In this document: positions 24,116 to 34,674 of the stretch, piece after piece
Layout: the number at the start of each line of letters is the position of its first letter
Position numbering within the stretch: position 1 is the stretch's first letter
NCBI GenBank assembly: GCA_015057325.1
Contig: SVEQ01000001.1
Span: 318,837-382,836 of the forward strand
Direction: 5' to 3'
Length of the DNA stretch: 64,000 bases
From: Lachnospiraceae bacterium
Lineage (GTDB): Bacteria > Bacillota > Clostridia > Lachnospirales > Lachnospiraceae
Made by a program: the position numbers and the translations under genes
Notes under the pieces: model-generated
Seen by the model: only the letters and a program-made list of their open reading frames with translations
What the model was told of the DNA's origin: nothing
The model's database searches: none

Positions 24116-25789
24116 ATGAAACATAGAACACGAATAATAGGGATACATATCCTGGCGTTTGCTGCAGCGCGATGTGGCATAGCGGGAATGTATCCTTTTG
24201 TTGTTCCTTTTTTTATGGCGGCGTATCTGGCAGAGAAAAGTTCTATAAGTCTTTTTGGGGTGTTGTTGCTTGGTGTTGCAAGTACGTTCGCACCTGTTGA
24301 GGCTGTAAGGTACGGGCTGGTTTTGCTGTTTTTAATGATTGTGTTAAAGAAGACGGACAGGGACATTGTTTTTTCGGGAAGTGTTCAAATTGCCCTTGCG
24401 TCGGGAATGATTTTATGGGGAATAAGCATGCCGTATGAGTACATAGTTACGGGCAATGAGTCGGTGCTTGTTTTGACGTTCCTCGAGGGCGTGGTTGCTT
24501 CTTCGATGACAATTGTATTTGAACAGGTTTTTTATGCATTTGAGGGAAGGGCTTTCATACCTTCTCTTGTAAGGGGCAATATAAATGATTCATCGGATGA
24601 TTCTTTAATTTTAGAGGCAACAGGCAAGAGACTTGGCGATTTCGGACAGGCATTTATAGCCATGGAAGAAATGCTTGCCATGCATGAAGAAGAGTTTGAT
24701 GTGAAAGTGCCAAGCGGTCTGTCTAATATGTATTTAAGCGGGGACGGCATTTCACTGTTAAATGCAGTTGAATCGGAAAGCAACCGTTTGTACGAACTTA
24801 GACGAAACTTCATAAGACAATTAAAACAGGTAGGTGAAATAATAAGCGACTTTCAGGGACAGTTGTTGGAGTGCCCGGTTGCTAATTTTGAAACGAGATT
24901 AAAAAGCAGGTTCTTGTCGTATGGGATAATTGTCTCAAAAGCGGTTTGTATAAAGGATAAGGACGAAAGGCTGCATGTATTTATAAGATGTCATTTGTGC
25001 AAAGATAATGTCATTACGGGCAAGATGCTCGCTACAGGCATAGGGCGAATTTTAAAAAAGCAGATGGTATGTATTGACAGGGCAGACGACATTGTCGGCA
25101 AAGAGGATGGCATGTTTTCGTTTATGGAAAAAGGAAAGTTTGTATTAACAACAGGACTTTGCCGTTGTAATCGCGAAGGCGAAAACGTATGCGGCGATAA
25201 CTACTCTGTAATAAAACTTAATAACGGCAAAGCGGTTTTTATGATATCTGATGGTATGGGAAGCGGAGAAAATGCCAATATTAAAAGCAGACAGATAATG
25301 GAACTTTTGGAGAAACTTCTGTCGGCAGGATTTGGAAGAGAACTTGCCATTGAACTTGTCAACTCGTTTGTAAGTTTTTTAACCGAAGGCAGTTGCTCTT
25401 CAACAATTGACCTTACAATGTTTGATTTATATAGCGGCATGGCGGATTTTATTAAGATGGGTGCATCGGCTACATTTATACGGCATAAAGACCAAGTGGA
25501 GTGCATTCGTTCAACCTCGCTTCCGGCAGGGGTACTTGAGGAGATTGAGTTTGACACGTGTGCGAGAAAGCTTTATCATGGAGATGTTGTAGTTATGGTT
25601 AGTGATGGCGTTTTGGACGGACTTTTTGCGGACAATAAGGAAGAGTATTTAAGCTGCCTTATTGCAGAGTCAAAGACCGATAATATGCAAAGACTTGCAC
25701 AGATAATAATGGATGAGGTGCGACGCACTCAAAATGACGGTCTTAAGGACGACAGTACGGTGCTTGCCATAGGTATTTGGGACAGTTAA
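24116..25789 (+). CDS. spoIIE: Stage II sporulation protein E (membrane PP2C phosphatase), short form
   Basis: About 6 N-terminal TM helices. C-terminal PP2C motifs GDNYSV, ISDGMGSGENA, VVMVSDGVLD, LKDDSTVLAI. Position before tilS-hpt-ftsH. Confidence 0.8.
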   Translation: MKHRTRIIGIHILAFAAARCGIAGMYPFVVPFFMAAYLAEKSSISLFGVLLLGVASTFAPVEAVRYGLVLLFLMIVLKKTDRDIVFSGSVQIALASGMILWGISMPYEYIVTGNESVLVLTFLEGVVASSMTIVFEQVFYAFEGRAFIPSLVRGNINDSSDDSLILEATGKRLGDFGQAFIAMEEMLAMHEEEFDVKVPSGLSNMYLSGDGISLLNAVESESNRLYELRRNFIRQLKQVGEIISDFQGQLLECPVANFETRLKSRFLSYGIIVSKAVCIKDKDERLHVFIRCHLCKDNVITGKMLATGIGRILKKQMVCIDRADDIVGKEDGMFSFMEKGKFVLTTGLCRCNREGENVCGDNYSVIKLNNGKAVFMISDGMGSGENANIKSRQIMELLEKLLSAGFGRELAIELVNSFVSFLTEGSCSSTIDLTMFDLYSGMADFIKMGASATFIRHKDQVECIRSTSLPAGVLEEIEFDTCARKLYHGDVVVMVSDGVLDGLFADNKEEYLSCLIAESKTDNMQRLAQIIMDEVRRTQNDGLKDDSTVLAIGIWDS

Positions 25790-25806
25790 AAAGCGCGGAG
25801 GCGTAC

Positions 25807-27234
25807 ATGAGAGATAAAGTTGTTAAGTACATTGAAGAATACAATATGATAAATGAAGGCGACCGTATCGTACTTGGGGTGTCAGGTGGTGCGGATTCGA
25901 TGGCACTTTTTGAGGTTCTGTTAAACATGCGGGAATCTTATAAGCTTTCTTTGTATGTTGTCCATATCAATCATGGAATCAGGAAAGAAGCGGGGGATGA
26001 CGCATTGTTTGTCCAAAAAATGTGTGAGCAGCGGGATGTTCCTTTTTATCTGTTTTCATGTGATATACCTGCGTATGCCAAGGAATGTAAATGTACGGAG
26101 GAAGAAGCTGGAAGAATATACAGATATGAATGCTTTGAGAAAATCATGAAGGAAAATGACGCGAAACTTTTGGCGGTAGCACATCACCTTGATGATCAGG
26201 CGGAGACGGTGCTTTTCAATCTCGTAAGAGGTTCTAATATTTCCGGAGTTTCAGGTATGGCACCTAAATCACTGACAAACAAAGGTTATGAGATTATACG
26301 TCCTCTTCTGTGCGTTAGGAAAAAAGAGATAACGGATTGGCTTACCGGTCTTGGCATTAAATGGTGCGAGGACTACACCAACGCTGATACGAAATATACG
26401 AGAAACAGAATAAGACACGAGGTTATACCGGTACTTGAAACCATTAACAGTCAGGCAGCCGCCCACATAGCGGATTTTGCCAAAGACGCCGGTGAAATCG
26501 ATGGGTATATTAAAGAGCAGGCATTTGATTTTATCAACAATGAATGCGTAATTGATGAGGAGAAAGCAATGCTTACACTTCCTAGAAACTTACTCTCGGC
26601 AAAACCTAAAGTGCTTAAGCGCCGCATTTTGTATGAGGCACTTATAAAGGTGTCGGGTGCAAGAAAGGATATAACGTCAGAACATGTTGGTGCGTTGTAT
26701 GAGTTGTTGGCACTTCAAAGCGGCAGGAAGATTAATCTGCCGTATGATGTGGTTGCGTCTACATCCTATGACAATCTTGTTATTTGCAAAGATAAAACCA
26801 AAGAGGAAGAAGATTATTCCGGTGAGGTATTGGTAAATGTTGCCGATTTGATGCAGGGTGACGTGATGGAAGTTAAACTGCCCGGGAGTGCGGGAACATT
26901 TATACTCGAAATAGTAAATGGTGACGTTTTACATGATAAAGAAAAATTGCAAAAAAACTATACGAAATACTTTGATTGTGATAAAATAAAGAATAGACTA
27001 TCTATAAGATATCCTTCTTCGGAGGATTACCTGGTAATAGATAATGGGGGGCATACAAAGAAGCTTTCAAAGTACTTTAAGGATGAGAAGCTTCCGGCAG
27101 ACGACAGGAAAAAAACTCCGGTTGTTGCTGTTGACAATGAGATACTCTGGATTGTTGGGGGAAGACGCAGTCATTCTCACATGATAGAACAGAGTACGGA
27201 GAAAATTATTAAAATCGTGTACAAAGGAGAATAG
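25807..27234 (+). CDS. tilS: tRNA(Ile)-lysidine synthetase
   Basis: PP-loop LGVSGGADSMAL, AHHLDDQAET. Synteny with hpt and ftsH. Confidence 0.9.
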   Translation: MRDKVVKYIEEYNMINEGDRIVLGVSGGADSMALFEVLLNMRESYKLSLYVVHINHGIRKEAGDDALFVQKMCEQRDVPFYLFSCDIPAYAKECKCTEEEAGRIYRYECFEKIMKENDAKLLAVAHHLDDQAETVLFNLVRGSNISGVSGMAPKSLTNKGYEIIRPLLCVRKKEITDWLTGLGIKWCEDYTNADTKYTRNRIRHEVIPVLETINSQAAAHIADFAKDAGEIDGYIKEQAFDFINNECVIDEEKAMLTLPRNLLSAKPKVLKRRILYEALIKVSGARKDITSEHVGALYELLALQSGRKINLPYDVVASTSYDNLVICKDKTKEEEDYSGEVLVNVADLMQGDVMEVKLPGSAGTFILEIVNGDVLHDKEKLQKNYTKYFDCDKIKNRLSIRYPSSEDYLVIDNGGHTKKLSKYFKDEKLPADDRKKTPVVAVDNEILWIVGGRRSHSHMIEQSTEKIIKIVYKGE

Positions 27235-27235
27235 T

Positions 27236-27760
27236 ATGGAATATCATATTGAAGAACTTATTTCACAGGAAACAGTTGAAAAGAAAATAGGCGAATTGGC
27301 CGAGCAGCTTAATCGTGATTATGAAGGTAAGGAACTTCACCTTATTGTTGTATTAAAGGGAAGTGTGTTCTTTGCGACTGAACTTGCCAAGAGACTTACT
27401 ATGCCTGTTACAATGGATTTTATGGCTGTATCATCTTACGGTTCGGGAATGGTATCGGCAGGAGAGATTACCGTTACAAAGGAACTTGATGAGGATATTG
27501 AGGGTAAGGATGTTCTTATTGTTGAGGATATTTTTGATTCGGGAATTACTTTGTTTAATTTAAGAATATTGCTTCTTGCAAGAAATCCAAAGTCGCTCAA
27601 GATTATAACTTTGCTTGACAAGAAGGATAATCATAATACTGAAGTGCCGATTGACTATGTCGGATTTGAGATTCCCAACAAGTTTGTTGTTGGTTATGGA
27701 TTGGATTATGCACAAAAGCACCGTAATCTTCCATACATCGGTGTGATTGTTGAAAATTAA
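27236..27760 (+). CDS. hpt: Hypoxanthine phosphoribosyltransferase
   Basis: VLIVEDIFDSGITL PRPP-binding motif, FVVGYGLDY. 174 aa. Confidence 0.9.
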   Translation: MEYHIEELISQETVEKKIGELAEQLNRDYEGKELHLIVVLKGSVFFATELAKRLTMPVTMDFMAVSSYGSGMVSAGEITVTKELDEDIEGKDVLIVEDIFDSGITLFNLRILLLARNPKSLKIITLLDKKDNHNTEVPIDYVGFEIPNKFVVGYGLDYAQKHRNLPYIGVIVEN

Positions 27761-27788
27761 TAGATAGACTTATAAAAGGAGACACAAT

Positions 27789-29621
27789 ATGAACAGAAAC
27801 TTAAGGAGGAGTTTAATCTCCTATCTGCTGCTTTTTGCAGTAATTTTCGGTATCCTTGCGCTTGTTCAGAACAATAACCAGGACGTGGATACCTCTTACA
27901 CGGAAACATCTTTTGCCGCGGATTTAAAGGATGGCAACATCAAATCTGTATACGTACAGCAGAATGCCGAGATTCCTACCGGTACGGTTGAGATAACCAA
28001 GAAGGGTGGAGCATCGGTTCGTTTTTATGTTACGGACGTCAAAGAGTTCCAGAAACTTTTCGACACAATCGTTGAAGAAGAAAGTTTGGATGTTGACTTT
28101 GATATGAGTGATGTTGTAAGACCAAGTCTTATAGAAAGACTTTTGCCGTATCTTATCGGTGTTGTCGGTATCATTGTCGTAATGATGATGCTTGCCGGAA
28201 CACAGGGTTCAGGTGGCGGCGGTTCGATGATGAACTTCGGACGAAGCAGAGCTCAAATGACGGATGAAGAGTCCAATAAGCTTACCTTTGATGATGTTGC
28301 AGGACTTAAGGAAGAGAAAGAGGATCTTGAGGAAGTAGTTGACTTCTTGAAGAATCCATCAAAATATCTCGAACTGGGTGCAAGAATTCCTAAGGGTATT
28401 CTTCTTGTGGGTCCTCCGGGAACAGGTAAAACATTGCTTGCCAAGGCAGTTGCAGGAGAGGCAAAAGTGCCGTTCTTCTCAATATCCGGTTCGGATTTTG
28501 TTGAGATGTTTGTCGGTGTCGGCGCATCACGTGTGCGCGATTTGTTTGCTGAGGCAAAGAAGAACTCGCCTTGTATAGTATTTATCGATGAGATCGATGC
28601 CGTTGCAAGACGAAGAGGTTCAGGTCTTGGCGGCGGACATGATGAGAGAGAGCAGACACTTAATCAGATGTTGGTTGAGATGGATGGTTTCAATGTTAAT
28701 GAGGGAATCATTGTAATGGCAGCTACAAACCGTGTGGACATTCTTGATCCTGCTATTCTTCGTCCGGGACGTTTTGACAGAAAGATTGCTGTAACAAGAC
28801 CGGATGTTAAGGGTAGAGAGGATATTCTTAAAGTACACACTAAGAATAAGAAGCTTGCTGAGGACATTGATCTTCACGAGATAGCAAGAACAACAGCAGG
28901 ATTTGCGGGTGCGGATCTTGAGAACCTTATGAACGAGTCTGCCATAAGCGCAGCAAAAGAAAGCAGAAAGTTTATTATCAAATCAGATGTAGATAAAGCA
29001 TTTATCAAGGTTGGAATCGGTACGGAGAGAAAATCCCGTCTTGTTCCTGAGAAAGAACGTAGAATTACTGCATATCATGAGGCAGGTCATGCGATTCTTT
29101 TCCATGTACTAGAGGGCGTGGGCCCTGTATATACGGTTTCAATCATTCCTACAGGTGAGGGGGCTGCAGGTTATACAATGCCGCTTCCTGAAAATGATAA
29201 CGTATTTAACACCAAGGGCAAGATATTGCAGGATATCAAGGTAAGTCTTGGTGGACGTATCGCCGAAGAAATGATTATGGACGATATCACAACAGGTGCT
29301 TCACAGGATATTAAGCAGGCAACAGCAGCTGCCAGAGCCATGGTTGTCAAATATGGTATGTCTGAAGAGCTTGGCCTTATCAATTATGAGACAGATAATG
29401 AGGAAGAAACATTTGTCGGTCGTGATATAGGACATCGCAGAATGCTTGGTGAGGCAACAGCAACTGCAATTGACAAAGAGGTTAAACGCATCGTAGACGA
29501 GTGTTATGCAGAGGCGAGAAAAATACTTGAAGAACACGTAGATGTGCTTCACAAGTGTGCTGAACGCTTGCTTGAAAAGGAAAGAATCGACCGTGAAGAG
29601 TTCGAATCTTTGTTCGTTTAA
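27789..29621 (+). CDS. ftsH: ATP-dependent zinc metalloprotease FtsH (copy 1, canonical tilS-hpt-ftsH position)
   Basis: [27 protein letters not shown], second region of homology [20 protein letters not shown], zinc site HEAGHA. Confidence 0.95.
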   Translation: MNRNLRRSLISYLLLFAVIFGILALVQNNNQDVDTSYTETSFAADLKDGNIKSVYVQQNAEIPTGTVEITKKGGASVRFYVTDVKEFQKLFDTIVEEESLDVDFDMSDVVRPSLIERLLPYLIGVVGIIVVMMMLAGTQGSGGGGSMMNFGRSRAQMTDEESNKLTFDDVAGLKEEKEDLEEVVDFLKNPSKYLELGARIPKGILLVGPPGTGKTLLAKAVAGEAKVPFFSISGSDFVEMFVGVGASRVRDLFAEAKKNSPCIVFIDEIDAVARRRGSGLGGGHDEREQTLNQMLVEMDGFNVNEGIIVMAATNRVDILDPAILRPGRFDRKIAVTRPDVKGREDILKVHTKNKKLAEDIDLHEIARTTAGFAGADLENLMNESAISAAKESRKFIIKSDVDKAFIKVGIGTERKSRLVPEKERRITAYHEAGHAILFHVLEGVGPVYTVSIIPTGEGAAGYTMPLPENDNVFNTKGKILQDIKVSLGGRIAEEMIMDDITTGASQDIKQATAAARAMVVKYGMSEELGLINYETDNEEETFVGRDIGHRRMLGEATATAIDKEVKRIVDECYAEARKILEEHVDVLHKCAERLLEKERIDREEFESLFV

Positions 29622-29793
29622 AGGGGTTATTGTGAAATATGTTTCACTCACCAAGCAAAAATATGCATATTGAACAAAAAGCGCAAAAAAAAGGTCGAAA
29701 AAGAGTCTTAAAAAAGTCTAAATGCACAAAAGTACACAAAAATAAAATAATTGTTTGGTCACACTTTTAGTTCAAAATGCGTATAATAATACT

Positions 29794-29903
29794 TGTAACC
29801 CCCCCAATACATTATATAGTTTTTTTGCTACACCCCATAAGTAACAAAAAAATACCTTCTCCAGAAAAGGACAGTCGATCGTTGGCTGTCCCTTTCGCTT
29901 TCT
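29794..29903 (+). ncRNA. Candidate small RNA or attenuated leader with two C-rich tracts and a terminator-like hairpin (hypothetical)
   Basis: TATAAT at 29782-29787, preceded by roughly phased A-tracts. The transcript would contain CCCCCCC (29799-29805) and CCCC (29833-29836). An 8-bp hairpin GGACAGTC/GGCTGTCC (29869-29891) is followed by CTTTCGCTTTCT. No ORF. Confidence 0.25.
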
Positions 29904-29917
29904 ATAGAGTTTTTCAC

Positions 29918-29946
29918 TTGATATATACGCACTTATAAGTTAAAAT
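29918..29946 (+). promoter_or_regulatory. Sigma-A promoter for the GH13 gene
   Basis: TTGATA, 17 nt, TAAAAT, located 35 nt before ATG 29981. Confidence 0.45.
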
Positions 29947-29980
29947 TATATATAGTATTTTAAGAGGAGCAGATTGCATA

Positions 29981-32098
29981 ATGGGATATTCATTTAGAAG
30001 CTTTACAAGAGCACAGAAGGTGCAGACATATGTTTTTTGCAGCAAGCCTGTACTTCGTTCGGATGCTTTGTTTGCGGACGGCACGGGAGATTATAGAATT
30101 CCTGCTGAACCGATGCCGGGCGATTCTATTACGCTTAAGTTCCGTACGGCAAAAGCAAATGTAGATAAGGTGTTTCTTATTTGCGATGGTAATCGTTTTG
30201 AAATGAAGGTTGGCGAGTCGGATCAGGCTTTTGATTATTATGAAACTGTACTTCCGCCTGTAAGAAAAGAATACATAGAGTATTATTATGAGATAATTTC
30301 CGGCAATTCAATGTGCTATTATAATAAGATAGGAGTACAGACAGAAATTAATCCCGCATACAACTTTTCTATTATGCCGGGATTTAAGACGCCTGACTGG
30401 GCCAAAGGTGCGGTTATGTATCAGATATACGTAGATCGTTTCTGTAACGGTGACCGTTCTAACGATGTGCTTGATAATGAGTATTTCTATATAGGTGATT
30501 TTGCAAAACATGTGGATGAATGGTCTAAATATCCGGATGCCATGGATGTAAGATGCTTCTATGGTGGAGATTTGCAGGGGGTTATGAACAAATTGGACTA
30601 TCTGCAGGATCTCGGAGTAGAAGTAATCTATCTTAATCCTATATTCGTTTCACCGTCCAACCACAAGTATGATATTCAGGACTATGACTACGTGGACCCA
30701 CATTTTGGTAAGATAGTTAGGGATGAAGGTTCTGTCCTTACCAACGGCGATAAAGTTAACAAGAACTCGACAAGATATATAAGTCGTGTTACCAACAAGG
30801 AGAATCTTGAAGCAAGTAACGAACTATTCAGACGATTGGTTGAAGAGATCCACAGAAGAGGCATGAAGGTAATCCTAGATGGAGTATTTAACCATTGTGG
30901 ATCATTTAACAAATGGCTTGACAGAGAACTTATATATGAAGGTCAGGAGGGCTATGAGCCGGGAGCTTATCCTTCTGCGGATAGTCCATACAGAAGTTTC
31001 TTTAAGTTCTATGATGAAAATGCATGGCCTTATAATGGAAGCTATGACGGCTGGTGGGGACATGACACGCTGCCGAAGCTTAATTATGAGGATTCACAGG
31101 AATTATACAATTATATACTTCATATAGGAAAGAAATGGGTATCTCCGCCATACAATGTTGACGGCTGGCGTCTTGACGTTGCTGCCGACCTTGGACATTC
31201 GGAGGAGTTCAATCACAAATTCTGGAGAGATTTCCGTAGGGTTGTCAAAGAGGCTAATCCTAATGCAATAATTTTAGCAGAGCATTACGGAGATCCAAGA
31301 AACTGGCTTTCGGGCGATCAGTGGGATACTGTAATGAACTATGATGCATTTATGGAGCCGATTACATGGTTCCTTACTGGTGTGGAGAAGCACTCGGATG
31401 AGTTTAGAGGAGATCTTCTCGGTAATCCTGATGTGCTTATCGGTTCACTTCGCCATCACATGAGCCGTTTCCATCAACAGTCGCTTGAAGTGTCTATGAA
31501 TGAACTTTCTAATCATGATCATTCAAGATTCCTTACACGAACCAACAAGCGAGTTGGAAGAACTCATACGTTAGGTCCTGATGCGGCTAATGAGAATATC
31601 AACAAAGGTGTATTTCGTGAGGCGGTTGTGTTCCAGATGACTTGGCCGGGTGCACCTACTATATATTATGGAGATGAGGCAGGACTTTGCGGCTGGACTG
31701 ACCCGGATAACCGAAGAACATATCCTTGGGGACACGAGGATAGAGACCTTATCTTATTCCATAGGGATATAATTAAGATACACAAGGAAAATGAAGTCTT
31801 AAAACGTGGCTCTTTGATATTCTTGCACGGAGGACATAAGTTATTTGCTTATGGTCGATTTAACAGAAAAGACAAGATGGTAGTTATTCTTAATAATAAT
31901 TATGAGGAAACAACTCTTTGTCTGGATGTTGATCGTATGGGAATATTAGACGGCACGATTATGAGACAGTTAATTCTTACAACAGAAGATTCATATATAC
32001 TTGAACCAAAGAGATATCAGGTTACGGGCAATCAGTTACGAATTTCCGTTCCTAAGATTTCGGCGATAGTACTTAAAGCAGAACCGACTACCATATAA
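29981..32098 (+). CDS. GH13 alpha-glycosidase with N-terminal E-set domain (neopullulanase/cyclomaltodextrinase-like), no signal peptide
   Basis: GH13 regions DGVFNHCG, DGWRLDVAADL, ILAEHYGD, SNHDHSRF. YLNPIFVSPSNHKYDIQDY. Confidence 0.85.
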   Translation: MGYSFRSFTRAQKVQTYVFCSKPVLRSDALFADGTGDYRIPAEPMPGDSITLKFRTAKANVDKVFLICDGNRFEMKVGESDQAFDYYETVLPPVRKEYIEYYYEIISGNSMCYYNKIGVQTEINPAYNFSIMPGFKTPDWAKGAVMYQIYVDRFCNGDRSNDVLDNEYFYIGDFAKHVDEWSKYPDAMDVRCFYGGDLQGVMNKLDYLQDLGVEVIYLNPIFVSPSNHKYDIQDYDYVDPHFGKIVRDEGSVLTNGDKVNKNSTRYISRVTNKENLEASNELFRRLVEEIHRRGMKVILDGVFNHCGSFNKWLDRELIYEGQEGYEPGAYPSADSPYRSFFKFYDENAWPYNGSYDGWWGHDTLPKLNYEDSQELYNYILHIGKKWVSPPYNVDGWRLDVAADLGHSEEFNHKFWRDFRRVVKEANPNAIILAEHYGDPRNWLSGDQWDTVMNYDAFMEPITWFLTGVEKHSDEFRGDLLGNPDVLIGSLRHHMSRFHQQSLEVSMNELSNHDHSRFLTRTNKRVGRTHTLGPDAANENINKGVFREAVVFQMTWPGAPTIYYGDEAGLCGWTDPDNRRTYPWGHEDRDLILFHRDIIKIHKENEVLKRGSLIFLHGGHKLFAYGRFNRKDKMVVILNNNYEETTLCLDVDRMGILDGTIMRQLILTTEDSYILEPKRYQVTGNQLRISVPKISAIVLKAEPTTI

Positions 32099-32113
32099 GG
32101 TGGTCGGTTTTTT
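32084..32113 (+). terminator. Rho-independent terminator of the GH13 gene
   Basis: CCGACTACC / GGTGGTCGG stem enclosing the stop codon, then TTTTTT. Confidence 0.65.
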
Positions 32114-32259
32114 AGGTGACATAAAATTAATTGACATTTTGCTAAAATCTGTTTGTGCAATCTATACAACAGGTACGAAAATATAATAAATACGGTTATT
32201 TTCACGTCCTAAAGTGATGAAAAATCCCCTTGCATTTTATCCGGAAAAAGATTACAATA

Positions 32260-32275
32260 ACACAAGATGTTGTGT
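32260..32275 (+). promoter_or_regulatory. NrdR box upstream of nrdD
   Basis: ACACAAGATGTTGTGT is a 16-bp palindrome with CAC-N8-GTG spacing, matching the NrdR operator consensus acaCwAtATaTwGtgt. A weaker CAC-N8-GTG site (TCACGTCCTAAAGTGA) lies at 32202-32217. Confidence 0.6.
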
Positions 32276-32343
32276 TTGGTAGACATAATGTACGGTAGAT
32301 AAAGGGGTTTTATGAATCACAAAAAGGAGGAAAGCTTGCAGAT

Positions 32344-34548
32344 ATGAAGATTATCAAGCGAAGTGGAACAGAGGTCGAGTTTGACATAAGTAAGATTGTT
32401 GCCGCTGTAGCTAAAGCCAACAAGGAGGTTGTTGAAAAAGACCGTCTTACTAATGAGCAGATTAAGGACATTGCCAAGAAAGTAACCCTTACATGCAGCA
32501 GCATGAGCAGAACGGCCGGTGTTGAGGAAATCCAGGATTTGGTCGAGAATGAAATTATGGAAGCGCAGGCGTTTGCAGTTGCAAGAAAGTATATCACATA
32601 TCGATATACAAGAGCGTTAGCACGTAAGGCCAATTCCACAGATGAACAAATTCTTAGTCTTATAGAGTGTAACAATGAGGAGGTTAAGCAGGAGAACTCC
32701 AACAAGAATCCTATTGTTAACAGTGTTCAGAGAGATTATATGGCGGGTGAGGTATCTAAGGATATCGCAAAGCGTATTCTTCTACCTGAAGACGTAGTCA
32801 AAGCTCATGAAGAAGGAATTATTCATTTTCACGATTCTGATTATTTTGCACAGCATATGCACAATTGCTGTCTCGTTAACCTTGAAGATATGCTTCAGAA
32901 CGGTACGGTTATAAGCGAGACAATGATAGACAGACCAAAGAGTTTTTCTACCGCTTGTAATATAGCAACACAGAGTATTGCACAGATAGCAAGTTCACAG
33001 TACGGTGGACAGAGTATTACTCTTTCGCATCTTGCGCCATTTGTAGATGTAAGCCGTAAGAAATATCTCAAAATGGTACAGGATGAGTTCGAAGCTGCAG
33101 GCGTTGCACTTGATCACAACCAGATTGCTAAGGTTGCTGAACTTAGAGTGCGTGAAGAGATTAAGCGTGGTGTACAGATGATACAGTATCAGGTAATCAC
33201 TCTTATGACTACCAACGGACAGGCACCATTTGTTACGGTATTTATGTATCTTGATGAGGTTCCGGAAGGTCGTACAAGAGATGACCTTGCGCTTGTTATA
33301 GAAGAGATGCTTCGTCAGAGAATATTGGGCGTTAAGAACGAGAAGGGTGTTTATATAACACCTGCATTCCCGAAGCTTATATATGTTCTTGAGGAGGATA
33401 ATGTAAGAGAGGGAACAAAGTATTGGAATCTTACCAAACTTGCAGCACAGTGTACAGCTAAGAGAATGGTTCCTGATTACATTTCAGAAAAGATAATGAA
33501 GAAGCTTAAGGGTGGCGATGTATATGCTTGTATGGGATGCCGTTCATTCCTTACTCCTGATAGATTTACAGATGCAGGTGTTGGTAATCTTGCTAATGCA
33601 GGTAATTATGATCCTTCAAAGCACAAATACTGGGGACGTTTCAATCAGGGAGTGGTAACTCTTAACCTTGTAGATGTTGCTTGCTCATCAGAAGGTGATA
33701 TGGACAAGTTCTGGAAGATTATGGACGAGAGATTGGAACTTTGCCACAAAGCTCTTATGTGCAGACATGAGCGTTTGAAAGGTACACTTTCCGACGTTGC
33801 ACCAATCCTTTGGCAGTATGGAGCACTTGCAAGACTTAAACGTGGTGAGAAGATTGACAAACTTCTTTTCGATGGATACTCAACAATCTCATTGGGATAT
33901 GCAGGACTTTGTGAGTGTACAAGATATATGACAGGTCTTTCACATACCAATCCTGAAGCAACACCATTTGCAATAGAGGTTATGCAGTATCTTAATGATG
34001 CATGTGCTAAATGGAAAGCAGAATCCAATATTGATTTTTCGATATACGGAACACCGCTTGAGTCTACAACTTATAAGTTTGCGAAATGTCTTCAGAAACG
34101 CTTTGGCAAGATTGAGGGCGTAACTGATAAGAATTACATTACTAATAGTTATCATGTTCATGTAACGGAGAAGATAGATGCGTTTAATAAGCTCTCCTTT
34201 GAGGCCAAGTTCCAAGAACTTTCACCGGGTGGTGCCGTAAGTTATGTTGAAGTTCCTAACATGCAGAACAATATCGATGCCGTTCTTGCTGTAATACAGC
34301 ATATATACGACAATATCATGTATGCTGAGCTTAACACAAAGAGTGATTACTGTCAGAAATGCGGATATGACGGAGAGATTCAGATATCTGAGGACAAAGA
34401 CGGTAAACTTGTATGGAAGTGTCCAAACTGTGGTAATACGGATGAGGAGACTATGAATGTTGCAAGACGTACATGCGGATACATTGGAACTCAATTCTGG
34501 AATCAGGGACGTACACAGGAGATTCAGGAGAGAGTTCTCCACCTGTAA
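32344..34548 (+). CDS. nrdD: Anaerobic ribonucleoside-triphosphate reductase (class III)
   Basis: N-terminal ATP-cone (MKIIKRSGTEVEFDISKI), C-terminal zinc ribbon CQKCGY...CPNCGN, and glycyl-radical motif RRTCGYIG. Confidence 0.95.
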   Translation: MKIIKRSGTEVEFDISKIVAAVAKANKEVVEKDRLTNEQIKDIAKKVTLTCSSMSRTAGVEEIQDLVENEIMEAQAFAVARKYITYRYTRALARKANSTDEQILSLIECNNEEVKQENSNKNPIVNSVQRDYMAGEVSKDIAKRILLPEDVVKAHEEGIIHFHDSDYFAQHMHNCCLVNLEDMLQNGTVISETMIDRPKSFSTACNIATQSIAQIASSQYGGQSITLSHLAPFVDVSRKKYLKMVQDEFEAAGVALDHNQIAKVAELRVREEIKRGVQMIQYQVITLMTTNGQAPFVTVFMYLDEVPEGRTRDDLALVIEEMLRQRILGVKNEKGVYITPAFPKLIYVLEEDNVREGTKYWNLTKLAAQCTAKRMVPDYISEKIMKKLKGGDVYACMGCRSFLTPDRFTDAGVGNLANAGNYDPSKHKYWGRFNQGVVTLNLVDVACSSEGDMDKFWKIMDERLELCHKALMCRHERLKGTLSDVAPILWQYGALARLKRGEKIDKLLFDGYSTISLGYAGLCECTRYMTGLSHTNPEATPFAIEVMQYLNDACAKWKAESNIDFSIYGTPLESTTYKFAKCLQKRFGKIEGVTDKNYITNSYHVHVTEKIDAFNKLSFEAKFQELSPGGAVSYVEVPNMQNNIDAVLAVIQHIYDNIMYAELNTKSDYCQKCGYDGEIQISEDKDGKLVWKCPNCGNTDEETMNVARRTCGYIGTQFWNQGRTQEIQERVLHL

Positions 34549-34573
34549 GAAAAAAGAATAGTAAGAAATGGAA

Positions 34574-34617
34574 AATGCCACACTACCGAGTTACTCGGTT
34601 GGTGTGGCATTAGTTTT
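34574..34617. terminator. Bidirectional rho-independent terminator between nrdD and csp
   Basis: AATGCCACACTACCGAG / CTCGGTTGGTGTGGCATT long stem, with T-rich runs on both strands. Confidence 0.7.
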
Positions 34618-34674
34618 CTGTCTTCGAACAAACTAATATAAAAACTTAAGTCTTATATATAAGTTGTTGGACGA

